The notes beneath the pieces are model-generated. The model was given only the letters and a program-made list of their open reading frames with translations. It did no database searches and was not told the DNA's origin. A stretch of DNA of 64,000 nucleotides, from the sequence record NC_027349.1, one strand, 5' to 3'. Source of the stretch: Escherichia phage HY01. The position numbers and the translations under genes were made by a program. This document shows positions 1-8,282 of the stretch, piece by piece (position 1 is the stretch's first letter; each line of letters starts with the position of its first letter).

Positions 1-16
1 CCAGCCGATAATGTTT

Positions 17-505
17 TCATTTTAATTTCCTGCATTCAGTGATAAAGTTATTTAAATTTTGAGTATATTTCTTTTCATCAAAAATCTTTTGTTGTCTGCG
101 TAGCCGCCATGGCATTTCAATGAACGTGTACCATATCCCAGATAATATTGCTGCTGTAAAAATATTAACAAGTATGGTTAAAAGAATCCAATCTCCTATT
201 CTGTCCATTGGATTTTTTATAAAAAAGTAAAATACGAATGATGTCACAGGAAGACTAATAATATACCACAGAATCATAATCTTATCTGTGAACCAATCAG
301 CGTTCGTTAACTTAGCGCGACCATTATAAATACACACGAATTTATCATCTGTTGCAGTAGATGGCTTAACTGGTTGATATCCCATTCTAAACTCCCTAAT
401 CAACAAATTTTTCATATCTTCGGAACAGCCATTCCAGTCAACTCTATCAACTGAAATGCCATCATCCCCATCATCTAAATCATACCAGCGAGTTTTTAAA
501 ATCAT
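17..505 (-). CDS. hypothetical membrane protein, paralog 1 of 3 (162 aa; two predicted TM helices in the C-terminal half; C-terminal motif FITECRKLK)
   Basis: ORF with ATG at 503-505 and AGGAAA RBS; hydrophobic stretches ILWYIISLPVTSFVFYFFI and WILLTILVNIFTAAILSGIWYTF; tail motif shared with the next two genes. Confidence 0.55.
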   Translation of the reverse strand: MILKTRWYDLDDGDDGISVDRVDWNGCSEDMKNLLIREFRMGYQPVKPSTATDDKFVCIYNGRAKLTNADWFTDKIMILWYIISLPVTSFVFYFFIKNPMDRIGDWILLTILVNIFTAAILSGIWYTFIEMPWRLRRQQKIFDEKKYTQNLNNFITECRKLK

Positions 506-864
506 TTAATTTTCCTGCAATCGCTCACAAACTCTTTCATTGATTCATTTTCAATATAAGACATGTAGCTATTGTATTCTTTTAATTGTATTTTGTAATC
601 CTTTTTTCTTTGCCAATTTATTTTAAAATTATCATAATGAAAATATAGTATAGTGCCAAAGAATGAAAATAATGAAATCGCTATAGTAAAACGAAGTTCA
701 CTCCAAACCTCTGTTATAATTGCTGAACCATCGATGTTTAAAATAATACAGTCAATCATTAATCCAATAAGACTACCAGCAAGAGCTGCAAATACTGACA
801 CGGCAAGAATTAATAGTGCCTCGGGAAACGAATATTTGACTTTATTTAGTTTTGGCTTTTGCAT
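502..864 (-). CDS. hypothetical membrane protein, paralog 2 of 3 (120 aa; 2 TM; C-terminal FVSDCRKIK)
   Basis: ATG at 862-864 with AAGGAA RBS; 4-nt overlap with downstream gene; hydrophobic segments; shared C-terminal motif. Confidence 0.55.
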   Translation of the reverse strand: MQKPKLNKVKYSFPEALLILAVSVFAALAGSLIGLMIDCIILNIDGSAIITEVWSELRFTIAISLFSFFGTILYFHYDNFKINWQRKKDYKIQLKEYNSYMSYIENESMKEFVSDCRKIK

Positions 865-1226
865 CGTGATTCCTTAACAAATTTCATAATTTCGTTAAAT
901 TCATACATATCTAGTTTAAGCTGGTGTTCCTTTTTAATCTTTTTACACTGAGCTTTCCATTCACGTACGCGTTTACGATAATGTCTTCCTTGATACCAGT
1001 ATCCTACCCAATTTACAGGTACTAATAAAAATGGAACTATCATTGGAAGAATTAGTGTTGACACAAATATTACATCAAATTTATTAGCAGTCATAACGTC
1101 TATAACCATTCCAGCTATAAATGATACAACTACAACAGGACCCATTAATACATCGGTAGAAATTATCTGGCGCTTTAATTCATACTTCAAAGGTTTACTT
1201 GGAAGGTATAGTGATGGCTTTGACAT
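846..1226 (-). CDS. hypothetical membrane protein, paralog 3 of 3 (about 126 aa from ATG at 1226; track start 1247 is TTG; 2 TM; C-terminal FVKESRCK)
   Basis: ORF; hydrophobic segments GPVVVVSFIAGMVIDVM and FDVIFVSTLILPMIVPFLLVPV; shared tail motif; start ambiguous. Confidence 0.5.
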   Translation of the reverse strand: MSKPSLYLPSKPLKYELKRQIISTDVLMGPVVVVSFIAGMVIDVMTANKFDVIFVSTLILPMIVPFLLVPVNWVGYWYQGRHYRKRVREWKAQCKKIKKEHQLKLDMYEFNEIMKFVKESRCKSQN

Positions 1227-1809
1227 ATTCTCTACATTCCTTAACAAATTTTTCTAGTAATAAATCGCTTTCAAAATTAGGATTTTCTACGAATTTATCA
1301 AAAAGATCATCAACAACAGTCAAGATATTCTTTTTACTAAGAATACGCTTATTTTCATATTTTGTTTCAGAGTCAACTATAAGAGTAAAGAAATATTTCT
1401 TTCCCTGAAATTTTACCGTAGTATCAATATAAAATAAATTTGACTTTTGTAAATTACGTTTAAACCCTGCGTCACTTAAACTGTAAACGCCAAGATAATC
1501 ATAATCGTCGTTTAAATAACAAACTGTCCATTCAGGGGAAACGAAATCAGTAAATTCAACATCAAAATCACACGTCAATGAATGAATTGATTCAATACTT
1601 TTAATAAGTATTCCAGGGCGTATTAAAGACTTTTTACCTCTATAAAATCTTCCAGAAAGACTTTCATCAGTTTCATATGAAGACCCCCAATAGTAATTAC
1701 GTCCTTCTGCCATACGTTTAAGAGCATTTAGTAATTGGTCTGGAACATCAACCTGTCTTTGGAACTCTTCAAACATTGAATTGAAATCACTTTGCATTTT
1801 CATTTTCAT
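1195..1809 (-). CDS. hypothetical protein (204 aa), C-terminus ends KFVKECREYVKAI
   Basis: ORF with ATG at 1807-1809 and GGAG RBS; no recognisable domain. Confidence 0.55.
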   Translation of the reverse strand: MKMKMQSDFNSMFEEFQRQVDVPDQLLNALKRMAEGRNYYWGSSYETDESLSGRFYRGKKSLIRPGILIKSIESIHSLTCDFDVEFTDFVSPEWTVCYLNDDYDYLGVYSLSDAGFKRNLQKSNLFYIDTTVKFQGKKYFFTLIVDSETKYENKRILSKKNILTVVDDLFDKFVENPNFESDLLLEKFVKECREYVKAITIPSK

Positions 1810-1826
1810 TCCTATTTACTCCAAGT

Positions 1827-1848
1827 ATAAGGGGCCGAAGCCCCTTAT
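1827..1848 (-). terminator. GC hairpin GGGGC-CGAA-GCCCC, T4-style intergenic stem-loop
   Basis: perfect inverted repeat with tetraloop between the stop at 1851 and the start at 1809. Confidence 0.5.
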
Positions 1849-1850
1849 CA

Positions 1851-2444
1851 TTATTTCAGAGAATTAATGTATTCCTGAACATCGGCAGAGGTAGTTTCAA
1901 CCCCGGAAATATTACCGTTAAAGGTTTCAACTCGAGCAAGAGTATCTTCAATATCAACCTTAGTTAGCGCTGCGATTTCAACTACATCATCAGCAGTACT
2001 AATTCCAAGGGCATTTGCCGCACGAGTTTCACGGATATATTCCAATTTAACTGCAAGTTCTTGACGAGCATCATCTAACTCAACTACTTTCTTGGCGATT
2101 TCAATTCGCATTTCAGCATAACCATCAGCTTTAGTAGTCAACTGCTCAGCTGTTCGACGATATAGTAAACCGAGCTTAGCATGCATTGTTACATCTTGAC
2201 CTTCGGAAAGAAGTTTGCGAATTTCACGCTCTTTTGATTCGGCTTGTCGATTCTTTTCGATAACAAGTTCACGAATACGTTTTTCTTCATTAATAGATTT
2301 AACAGAAGCAGTTTTTAGGTCTTTAATTTTATCAAGAAGTTTTGCTGCTGCAGCAGTATACTGTTCTTCAACAGATAGATTTTTAGCCATAGCAGAACCA
2401 AGTTTAGTGCGAATAAACTCAACAATTTTCTTCAGTGTGTTCAT
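1851..2444 (-). CDS. hypothetical coiled-coil protein (197 aa)
   Basis: ORF with ATG and AAGGAAA RBS; charged K/E/R/A-rich heptad-like sequence; promoter immediately upstream. Confidence 0.6.
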   Translation of the reverse strand: MNTLKKIVEFIRTKLGSAMAKNLSVEEQYTAAAAKLLDKIKDLKTASVKSINEEKRIRELVIEKNRQAESKEREIRKLLSEGQDVTMHAKLGLLYRRTAEQLTTKADGYAEMRIEIAKKVVELDDARQELAVKLEYIRETRAANALGISTADDVVEIAALTKVDIEDTLARVETFNGNISGVETTSADVQEYINSLK

Positions 2445-2486
2445 AGTATTTCCTTAGGTTGATTAAAAATTAAAATCTATGGAAGA

Positions 2487-2516
2487 ATTATATCATGCTA
2501 TTTAAGAGATGTAAAC
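2487..2516 (-). promoter_or_regulatory. early-type sigma70 promoter (-35 GTTTAC, 18-nt spacer, -10 TATAAT)
   Basis: minus-strand GTTTAC (plus 2511-2516) and TATAAT (plus 2487-2492) upstream of the start at 2444. Confidence 0.55.
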
Positions 2517-3003
2517 TATTTTTAATTTTACAAATTCGTTCAGCTTCTTCAACAGCGGCGATAATGCTTTTAGCTATAGGAGTACTAATACTAGTAGCTT
2601 TTACACTTAACACGATTTCTTTATCTTTACCAGGCCAACCCCACGATTTTTCACCGTGAGTGCCTTTAATTACAGCAGACACCTCAAGTGAGCATCCATT
2701 ATCATATGTTTTTACATTGACAACCCAAGGTTCACTTTTCTCAATCGGTTTATCCCAGTAAATATTAAGAATACGTGGGACATCAAATTTGGCAGGACAA
2801 ATCTTAACCGTAAGACCTTCGCTTTCTAGCCAATTAATAAGAGGGCGTTCATACAGGCGACGATGTGGGCTTGGGATTCGACAAGCCTTATGTCCGTTGC
2901 TTGCGGCTTCACTAAGCTGTTCTAATACCTGCTTTTGCATTATTGATAAGATACCATCAAAAGATTTTTCGGAAGTTTCATTCAGTTCGGTATAAAGAGA
3001 CAT
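2488..3003 (-). CDS. hypothetical protein (171 aa)
   Basis: ORF with ATG at 3001-3003 and GAGGAAA RBS. Confidence 0.6.
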   Translation of the reverse strand: MSLYTELNETSEKSFDGILSIMQKQVLEQLSEAASNGHKACRIPSPHRRLYERPLINWLESEGLTVKICPAKFDVPRILNIYWDKPIEKSEPWVVNVKTYDNGCSLEVSAVIKGTHGEKSWGWPGKDKEIVLSVKATSISTPIAKSIIAAVEEAERICKIKNSLHLLNSMI

Positions 3004-3028
3004 AACAGTTTCCTCAAATTATAGGCTC

Positions 3029-3058
3029 ATAATATCTCAATCATGAGCCTATGTAAAC
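3029..3058 (-). promoter_or_regulatory. early-type promoter (-35 GTTTAC, -10 TATTAT) overlapping a 10-bp inverted repeat (3021-3050)
   Basis: GTTTAC at plus 3053-3058, TATTAT at plus 3029-3034; inverted repeat ATAGGCTCAT...ATGAGCCTAT. Confidence 0.5.
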
Positions 3059-3322
3059 TTATTTCATATTATTAAAATATTCTTCTGCGATTTCGTCGTT
3101 ATCATGGTAAACTTTAGAAGACAGTTTAACATAACCTTCAGCAGTGAACATGTTAATCACAACCTTTACAGTATACCACTGACCGTCTTCATTACCCATT
3201 ACTGCGTAAGTTTCAAACATCGGATGGTCAGGACCGATAACTTTAATATCATTCACTGTACGACCGAAATCTTCTGAAACGCATTTCATAAAGAAGTTGA
3301 ACAGTTCGCCGTAATTATCCAT
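3059..3322 (-). CDS. hypothetical protein (about 87 aa from ATG at 3322; track start 3334 is TTG)
   Basis: ORF; GGAGAATGAA-ATG ribosome-binding cassette. Confidence 0.55.
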   Translation of the reverse strand: MDNYGELFNFFMKCVSEDFGRTVNDIKVIGPDHPMFETYAVMGNEDGQWYTVKVVINMFTAEGYVKLSSKVYHDNDEIAEEYFNNMK

Positions 3323-3365
3323 TTCATTCTCCAAGTTGTTTTCTGTATCAGTAGTTGATAGTTGT

Positions 3366-3395
3366 ATAGTACCATGGAAAAACGGGGATGTAAAC
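3366..3395 (-). promoter_or_regulatory. early-type promoter cassette (-35 GTTTAC, 18-nt spacer, -10 TACTAT), member of a repeated family
   Basis: minus strand TTTTTCACAAAACTGTTTACA...GGTACTATA; same architecture as 7177-7206, 7544-7572 and 63764-63793. Confidence 0.55.
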
Positions 3396-3532
3396 AGTTT
3401 TGTGAAAAATTTTTTAAAAAGTTTTAGGGAATTCTAGGGTGGGAAGGGGCAATTAAAGGATAGGATAATATATTATAAAGGGTAGAAACTAAATGGTGCC
3501 TAGAGAGGTCCAGAAAGGTCTAGATACCAAAA

Positions 3533-3556
3533 AGCCCCAACCTTTTGGTCGGGGCT
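3533..3556 (-). terminator. hairpin AGCCCCAACC-TTTT-GGTCGGGGCT downstream of the CTS gene
   Basis: 9/10-bp stem; near-identical copy at 4091-4114. Confidence 0.55.
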
Positions 3557-3562
3557 AAAATG

Positions 3563-4036
3563 TTATTTGATTTGTTTAGCAGACCAAATGCGGTCTTTAA
3601 TAATTTTTTGGATGTCTTCAACATACTCAAGAGAGTGAGCATGTGGATTATCTTTGAAACTATAAGCGCGGGCTAACTTTTGGCCTTCGGTTTTGATTAC
3701 TAAAAGCTCTTTAAGGATAGCTTCATATTTAGCGATAATTCCTTTAACGATATTTTTTTCTTGTGCAGCTTTAGGATCTGCTTTAGGAGCAGGTTTACCT
3801 GAAGCCTTTGCAAAAGCAGCGCCAGTAGCAACTAAACTTTTCCAGGCCATACTAACTGCATTTCCCGTAAATCCTTCTGCTTTCATGTCGCGAGCAAACT
3901 GGAATCGTGATTCGTCAGAAGCATCTTTATAGGAATATTTACCCGCTGCAATGGCTGCTTTTGCGACAGCTTGAATTTCGGTGCTAGATGCTTCATTTAA
4001 CACCGCTTCATTTAAAAATTGAGCATATGATTTCAT
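3563..4036 (-). CDS. internal-protein-like capsid-packaged protein with N-terminal CTS MKSYAQFLNE|A (157 aa)
   Basis: N-terminus matches the 10-residue T4 IPII/IPIII capsid targeting sequence pattern (MKTYQEFIAE) with an L-x-E gp21-type cleavage motif; Lys/Ala-rich body; ATG and AGGAAA RBS. Confidence 0.6.
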   Translation of the reverse strand: MKSYAQFLNEAVLNEASSTEIQAVAKAAIAAGKYSYKDASDESRFQFARDMKAEGFTGNAVSMAWKSLVATGAAFAKASGKPAPKADPKAAQEKNIVKGIIAKYEAILKELLVIKTEGQKLARAYSFKDNPHAHSLEYVEDIQKIIKDRIWSAKQIK

Positions 4037-4090
4037 CTTATTTCCTGTTTTAATTCGTGGATTTAATATACTACTATATTTATACTAAAA

Positions 4091-4114
4091 AGCCCCAACC
4101 TTTCGGTCGGGGCT
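4091..4114 (-). terminator. hairpin AGCCCCAACC-TTTC-GGTCGGGGCT ending the stable-RNA operon
   Basis: stem-loop nearly identical to 3533-3556, followed by T-run on the minus strand. Confidence 0.55.
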
Positions 4115-4164
4115 AAGCCTTGCGGCAACCTTGTCGGGGTTCCACCTGCTAAGGCAAGTGTTTG

Positions 4165-4257
4165 TACGAAACGCCGGGATTCGAACCCGGTTATTAAGCA
4201 GTTGACGCTACTCAATATTTTTAAAAGGCCATATCTCGACCATATCCGAACGTTCCG
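4165..4257 (-). ncRNA. tRNA-like small stable RNA (possible T4 rnaC/rnaD-type species)
   Basis: minus strand has acceptor-like pairing CGGAACG/CGTTTCG and canonical T-arm CCGGG-TTCGAAT-CCCGG, but no standard anticodon arm. Confidence 0.4.
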
Positions 4258-4420
4258 TCAAAAACGCTACTCGGCTTACGGCAAAGATATTTCCTCGAAT
4301 CGATAATTCGGTGCGCCGTTTCTGTTGTGATAGTAAAGAATCAGAACACAGTAAAACTGTGGGAGAAACTATACTCCAGGGAACATCAGTCCGACGACTT
4401 ACCGGTAGCGACCCGGTTTC

Positions 4421-4771
4421 TTAGTATTCTTTTAAAGCATCAACCTGTTCACGACGTTTACGCCATAAATCAATTACTTCATACGCAGATTCAGCATTTC
4501 GAATTGGACGGCATTTATATAAAGACTTATGATTTTGATATTGTGTAGATAACGGAATTTTATCTAAAAGGTCTTTACGTTCAAAATATTCGTAACCATC
4601 TAAACCAAATGAACGATTTTTGAGAAATTGCCAATGACCATATTCGTTTTCGACATAAACATAATCTGCATGCTGATAAAGTAAATTAATTACACGTTCA
4701 GAAATAACAGTGTCATTATGATTAAAATAGAATGTTAAATCATGAACTACTAAATAAACATTACCTTTCAT
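4421..4771 (-). CDS. hypothetical protein (116 aa) inside the stable-RNA operon
   Basis: ORF with ATG at 4769-4771 and GTGAGGAAA RBS, starting 17 nt after tRNA-Arg. Confidence 0.5.
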   Translation of the reverse strand: MKGNVYLVVHDLTFYFNHNDTVISERVINLLYQHADYVYVENEYGHWQFLKNRSFGLDGYEYFERKDLLDKIPLSTQYQNHKSLYKCRPIRNAESAYEVIDLWRKRREQVDALKEY

Positions 4772-4787
4772 ATTTTCCTCACTTAAT

Positions 4788-4863
4788 TGGTCGAGGCAGT
4801 AGGGATCGAACCTACGACCTAGGACTTAGAAGGTCCTTGCTCTTCCTTCTGAGCTATGCCTCG
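4788..4863 (-). tRNA. tRNA-Arg (anticodon UCU)
   Basis: cloverleaf by hand folding; anticodon loop CUUCUAA; T-arm GUAGG-UUCGAUC-CCUAC; CCA encoded. Confidence 0.85.
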
Positions 4864-4867
4864 GATT

Positions 4868-4942
4868 TGGCGGACGTGATAGGATTCGAACCTATAACCA
4901 ATCGCTTAACAGGCGATCGCTCTGCCATTGAGCTACACATCC
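4868..4942 (-). tRNA. tRNA-Asn (anticodon GUU)
   Basis: hand folding: acceptor GGAUGUG/CACGUCC, anticodon stem AUCGC/GCGAU, loop CUGUUAA. Confidence 0.75.
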
Positions 4943-4946
4943 AAAT

Positions 4947-5034
4947 TGGTGGGGAGTGATGGAGTCGAACCACCCGAGTCGCAATGACAATGGATTTACA
5001 GTCCACACCGCTACCTCTACGGAATAACTCCCCA
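4947..5034 (-). tRNA. tRNA-Tyr (anticodon GUA), type II with long variable arm
   Basis: anticodon loop GACUGUAAAUC matches the bacterial tRNA-Tyr loop; long variable arm; acceptor GGGGAGU. Confidence 0.8.
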
Positions 5035-5042
5035 AATTAATT

Positions 5043-5117
5043 TGGTGGCCCTGGGTGGAATTGAACCACCATCTGGCGATTATGAGTCGCTTGCTTGAAC
5101 CTTCCAGCTACAGGGCC
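5043..5117 (-). tRNA. tRNA with CAU anticodon (Ile lysidine-type by analogy to T4 tRNA-Ile, or Met)
   Basis: acceptor GGCCCUG/CAGGGCC; anticodon loop CUCAUAA. Confidence 0.75.
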
Positions 5118-5118
5118 T

Positions 5119-5194
5119 TGGTGCTGATTGACGGAATCGAACCGCCGACCTTCTCATTACAAGTGAGTTGCTCTACCTACTGAGCTAAATCAGC
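5119..5194 (-). tRNA. tRNA-Thr (anticodon UGU)
   Basis: acceptor GCUGAUU/AAUCAGC; anticodon loop CUUGUAA. Confidence 0.8.
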
Positions 5195-5199
5195 AAAAC

Positions 5200-5289
5200 T
5201 GGCGGAGGCGATAGGATTCGAACCTATGAGTCGCCGGAGCGACTGCCGGTTTTCAAGACCGGTGCATTAAACCACTCTGCCACGCCTCC
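5200..5289 (-). tRNA. tRNA-Ser (anticodon UGA), type II
   Basis: acceptor GGAGGCG/CGCCUCC; anticodon stem CCGGU/ACCGG, loop CUUGAAA; long variable arm. Confidence 0.8.
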
Positions 5290-5295
5290 AAATAT

Positions 5296-5904
5296 TTATA
5301 TATTGTTAATTTGATTTAGAATTCTTTTTGCTTGAGTATGACTTACGCCAATATGCTTAGCATATTTAGATAATTCACCACGCTTAGAAAAATCATATAA
5401 TTTAGAAATTTCTATTCTTCTTTTTCTTTCATCCGCAGAAACTTTTGCTTCGTTTGCTTTTGCTATTTTACGTTTAGCTTCTTGAGAATGAGTTTTACCA
5501 GCAAAGCCATTCTTCATTAATCCATTTGAAGACCATCCTTTTAATTTTCCGTTAGAATGTGCCTTTTTAACACCCAATGAAATTAATTCGCGTTGCTGAT
5601 CTGTCATAGGATAATTATTTATATGGTCCCATCCACCTTCACCTCCAAGTTTTAAATTATACACATCTGGTCTATTTAAAAACTCTTCTGTGACAATATT
5701 TTTCTCGGCTTCAAGCATAGATTCTTTATCATCAAAATACTCTAATATTTCTTTAGAAAAATTTTCTATACCATATTTATCTTGGGCTCTTTTTAATAAT
5801 TTACCAGAACCCATATATCCATCATCTAAATTTTCGGTAGAATGCACACCAATATAAATTTTATTATTAATTTTATTTGTTATTTTATAAAGATAAAAAT
5901 GCAT
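5296..5904 (-). CDS. segB: GIY-YIG homing endonuclease (Seg-type, segB-like position inside the tRNA cluster); 202 aa from ATG at 5904, track start 5946
   Basis: N-terminal FYLYKITNKINNKIYIGVHS (GIY...YIG), downstream conserved R, E and N positions; basic C-terminal DNA-binding region; GGGA RBS before 5904. Confidence 0.7.
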   Translation of the reverse strand: MHFYLYKITNKINNKIYIGVHSTENLDDGYMGSGKLLKRAQDKYGIENFSKEILEYFDDKESMLEAEKNIVTEEFLNRPDVYNLKLGGEGGWDHINNYPMTDQQRELISLGVKKAHSNGKLKGWSSNGLMKNGFAGKTHSQEAKRKIAKANEAKVSADERKRRIEISKLYDFSKRGELSKYAKHIGVSHTQAKRILNQINNI

Positions 5905-5950
5905 ATCAGTCCCTAATAAAGAACTGAGCGTCTCACGACGAGTCATAAAT

Positions 5951-6024
<74 letters not shown>

Positions 6025-6029
6025 AAATT

Positions 6030-6116
6030 TGGTGCGAGAAGTGGGACTCGAACCCACAAGGAAATCATTCCGCAGCATTTTAAGTGCTGTGCCTTTACCA
6101 ATTTGACCATTCTCGC
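6030..6116 (-). tRNA. tRNA-Leu (anticodon UAA), type II
   Basis: acceptor GCGAGAA/UUCUCGC; anticodon stem CAGCA/UGCUG, loop CUUAAAA; long variable arm. Confidence 0.8.
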
Positions 6117-6117
6117 G

Positions 6118-6190
6118 CTGGGAATAAAGGACTTGAACCTTTGCATCCTGGAATCAAAATCCAGTGCCTTACCAACTTGGCTAATTCCCA
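6118..6190 (-). tRNA. tRNA-Gln (anticodon UUG), CCA not encoded, 1 nt from tRNA-Leu (dimeric precursor arrangement)
   Basis: acceptor UGGGAAU/AUUCCCA; anticodon stem CUGGA/UCCAG, loop UUUUGAU. Confidence 0.8.
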
Positions 6191-6287
6191 ATTATTAACA
6201 AAGGCTCTCAAACAAGAACCCTTGATGATAGAGGGTATTAATCAGTGCGGTATGAGTTAATAATAACAAATAATTCTTAAAGCATAT

Positions 6288-6575
6288 TTACCATTTATGA
6301 TAATACATATTTACGATGCAGTCAAGACCTAAAGGATTCTTGAAAATATCATATTCAAGAGGACCTTTTTCCGTTTCAATAAAGAAATCAAAGTTAACTG
6401 TGTTAAATTTACGGTCTTCCTTCACTAATTTAACTTGAGAAGATGAACGGTCAATGTAAACCTTTTCAACTTCAAAATATGTTAAAATGCCGTAATCATC
6501 AATCAAGGCTTTAGCTGCTTCTTGATCATATTTATATCCATTTTCAATGGATGATACTTTCGCATAAAGAATCAT
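6288..6575 (-). CDS. hypothetical protein (95 aa)
   Basis: ORF with ATG at 6573-6575; no recognisable domain. Confidence 0.5.
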   Translation of the reverse strand: MILYAKVSSIENGYKYDQEAAKALIDDYGILTYFEVEKVYIDRSSSQVKLVKEDRKFNTVNFDFFIETEKGPLEYDIFKNPLGLDCIVNMYYHKW

Positions 6576-6577
6576 TA

Positions 6578-6961
6578 TCAGCCTTCATCAACAATAGTAT
6601 GAGTATGGGCATTTACAATTTGCCACCAGTCAAAACGATTAGAACCATACATCGGTTTATTTTCATTTTCTTTAATAATATCACGAAGTTCATCTTCGGT
6701 AGCGGCTTTCGCGATTAAATCAGCATATCCACCACGAGGATAATAATTATCACCTGCAAAAAGTAAAAAGTTTGGTTTAATATTATTGAACTCTTCAAGA
6801 GTAATAACTGTTCCTGATGGGAGTTGAACAATCTCTACATATTTATATCCCAATTTTTGAGCAGCATCTACTGCTTCAAGCAAAGTATCATGAGCCCGTC
6901 CTATTTGACAATTCGGCTTTTTAGATGGATTAGCCTGATAATCCGCATACACTTTATACAT
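6578..6961 (-). CDS. hypothetical protein (127 aa from ATG at 6961; longer track ORF starts at 7000)
   Basis: ORF tightly packed with neighbours; start ambiguous. Confidence 0.5.
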   Translation of the reverse strand: MYKVYADYQANPSKKPNCQIGRAHDTLLEAVDAAQKLGYKYVEIVQLPSGTVITLEEFNNIKPNFLLFAGDNYYPRGGYADLIAKAATEDELRDIIKENENKPMYGSNRFDWWQIVNAHTHTIVDEG

Positions 6962-6962
6962 T

Positions 6963-7148
6963 CTATTCACCTTTAGAAATTTTATCCATAACGATAGCAA
7001 TTAAACCAATTAAAAATGCTACTACAAGTGAAAACACATTTTCTGCTGTAGTTAATAATCCGCATATAAATCCAGCAAACATTGAAAAACTAAAAGCGGA
7101 AGCAGAAATTGCAATAGCAACATTTCGAATTAATTCACAACGTTTCAT
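6963..7148 (-). CDS. small membrane protein (61 aa; 2 predicted TM helices)
   Basis: internal ATG at 7146-7148 preceded by GGAGAATAAA RBS and an early promoter cassette; hydrophobic AIAISASAFSFSMFAGFICGLL and VFSLVVAFLIGLIAIV. Confidence 0.55.
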   Translation of the reverse strand: MKRCELIRNVAIAISASAFSFSMFAGFICGLLTTAENVFSLVVAFLIGLIAIVMDKISKGE

Positions 7149-7174
7149 TTTATTCTCCTCGGTAGTTGATAGGG

Positions 7175-7223
7175 TAATAGTATCACTACTAAAACCCTGT
7201 GTAAACAACTTTGTGAAATATTT
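7175..7223 (-). repeat. direct repeat copy 1 of promoter cassette (TAATAGTATCACTAC-N10-GTAAACAACTTTGTGAAAT on the plus strand)
   Basis: blocks of 15/16 and 19/19 identity with the copy at 7540-7590, same spacing. Confidence 0.7.
7177..7206 (-). promoter_or_regulatory. early-type promoter cassette (-35 GTTTAC, -10 TACTAT)
   Basis: minus strand ATTTCACAAAGTTGTTTACA...GTAGTGATACTATTA; near-identical to the copy at 7544-7572. Confidence 0.55.
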
Positions 7224-7224
7224 A

Positions 7225-7512
7225 TTACAAAAGATTTTTAGCAATAATCTTGAGATGTGCCGCAGAAATGTGTTTAGCTTTAAACAACGCAGTTTCTTCA
7301 GCAGGAGAGATAATGATTGTAGCACCATCCTTTTTAGCAGACCACCCATCACCTAGGTAAACAGTACCTTTGATTTCTTCGCCATCAACCAAGCTAATCA
7401 TTGGTTTACCTTCTCGTCCTTTATTTGCTTTAATAACTTCAGAAGTAAGAGTAGCTTCGGTAATGGTAGAAACCGGGGTAGTTGTAGAAGTAAACTCTTT
7501 GAAAGTTTTCAT
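7225..7512 (-). CDS. ipI: internal protein I precursor (95 aa; CTS MKTFKEFTSTTTPVSTITE|A, predicted 76-aa mature protein)
   Basis: 95-aa precursor and 19-residue leader ending I-T-E fit T4 IPI/IPI* (76 aa) as recalled; position next to 57B; GGAAAATAAA RBS. Confidence 0.75.
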   Translation of the reverse strand: MKTFKEFTSTTTPVSTITEATLTSEVIKANKGREGKPMISLVDGEEIKGTVYLGDGWSAKKDGATIIISPAEETALFKAKHISAAHLKIIAKNLL

Positions 7513-7539
7513 TTTATTTTCCTAATTAATTTTGATGAG

Positions 7540-8281
<742 letters not shown>

Positions 8282-8282
<1 letters not shown>

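Noticed and set aside
1851-2444. Possible PspA/phage-shock-like annotation for the 197-aa coiled-coil protein
   Set aside because: The resemblance is only general coiled-coil composition; no specific motif could be matched, so it stays hypothetical.
4327-4548. Plus-strand 73-aa ORF
   Set aside because: It overlaps the minus-strand 116-aa gene and the structured RNA region, with no RBS; likely spurious.
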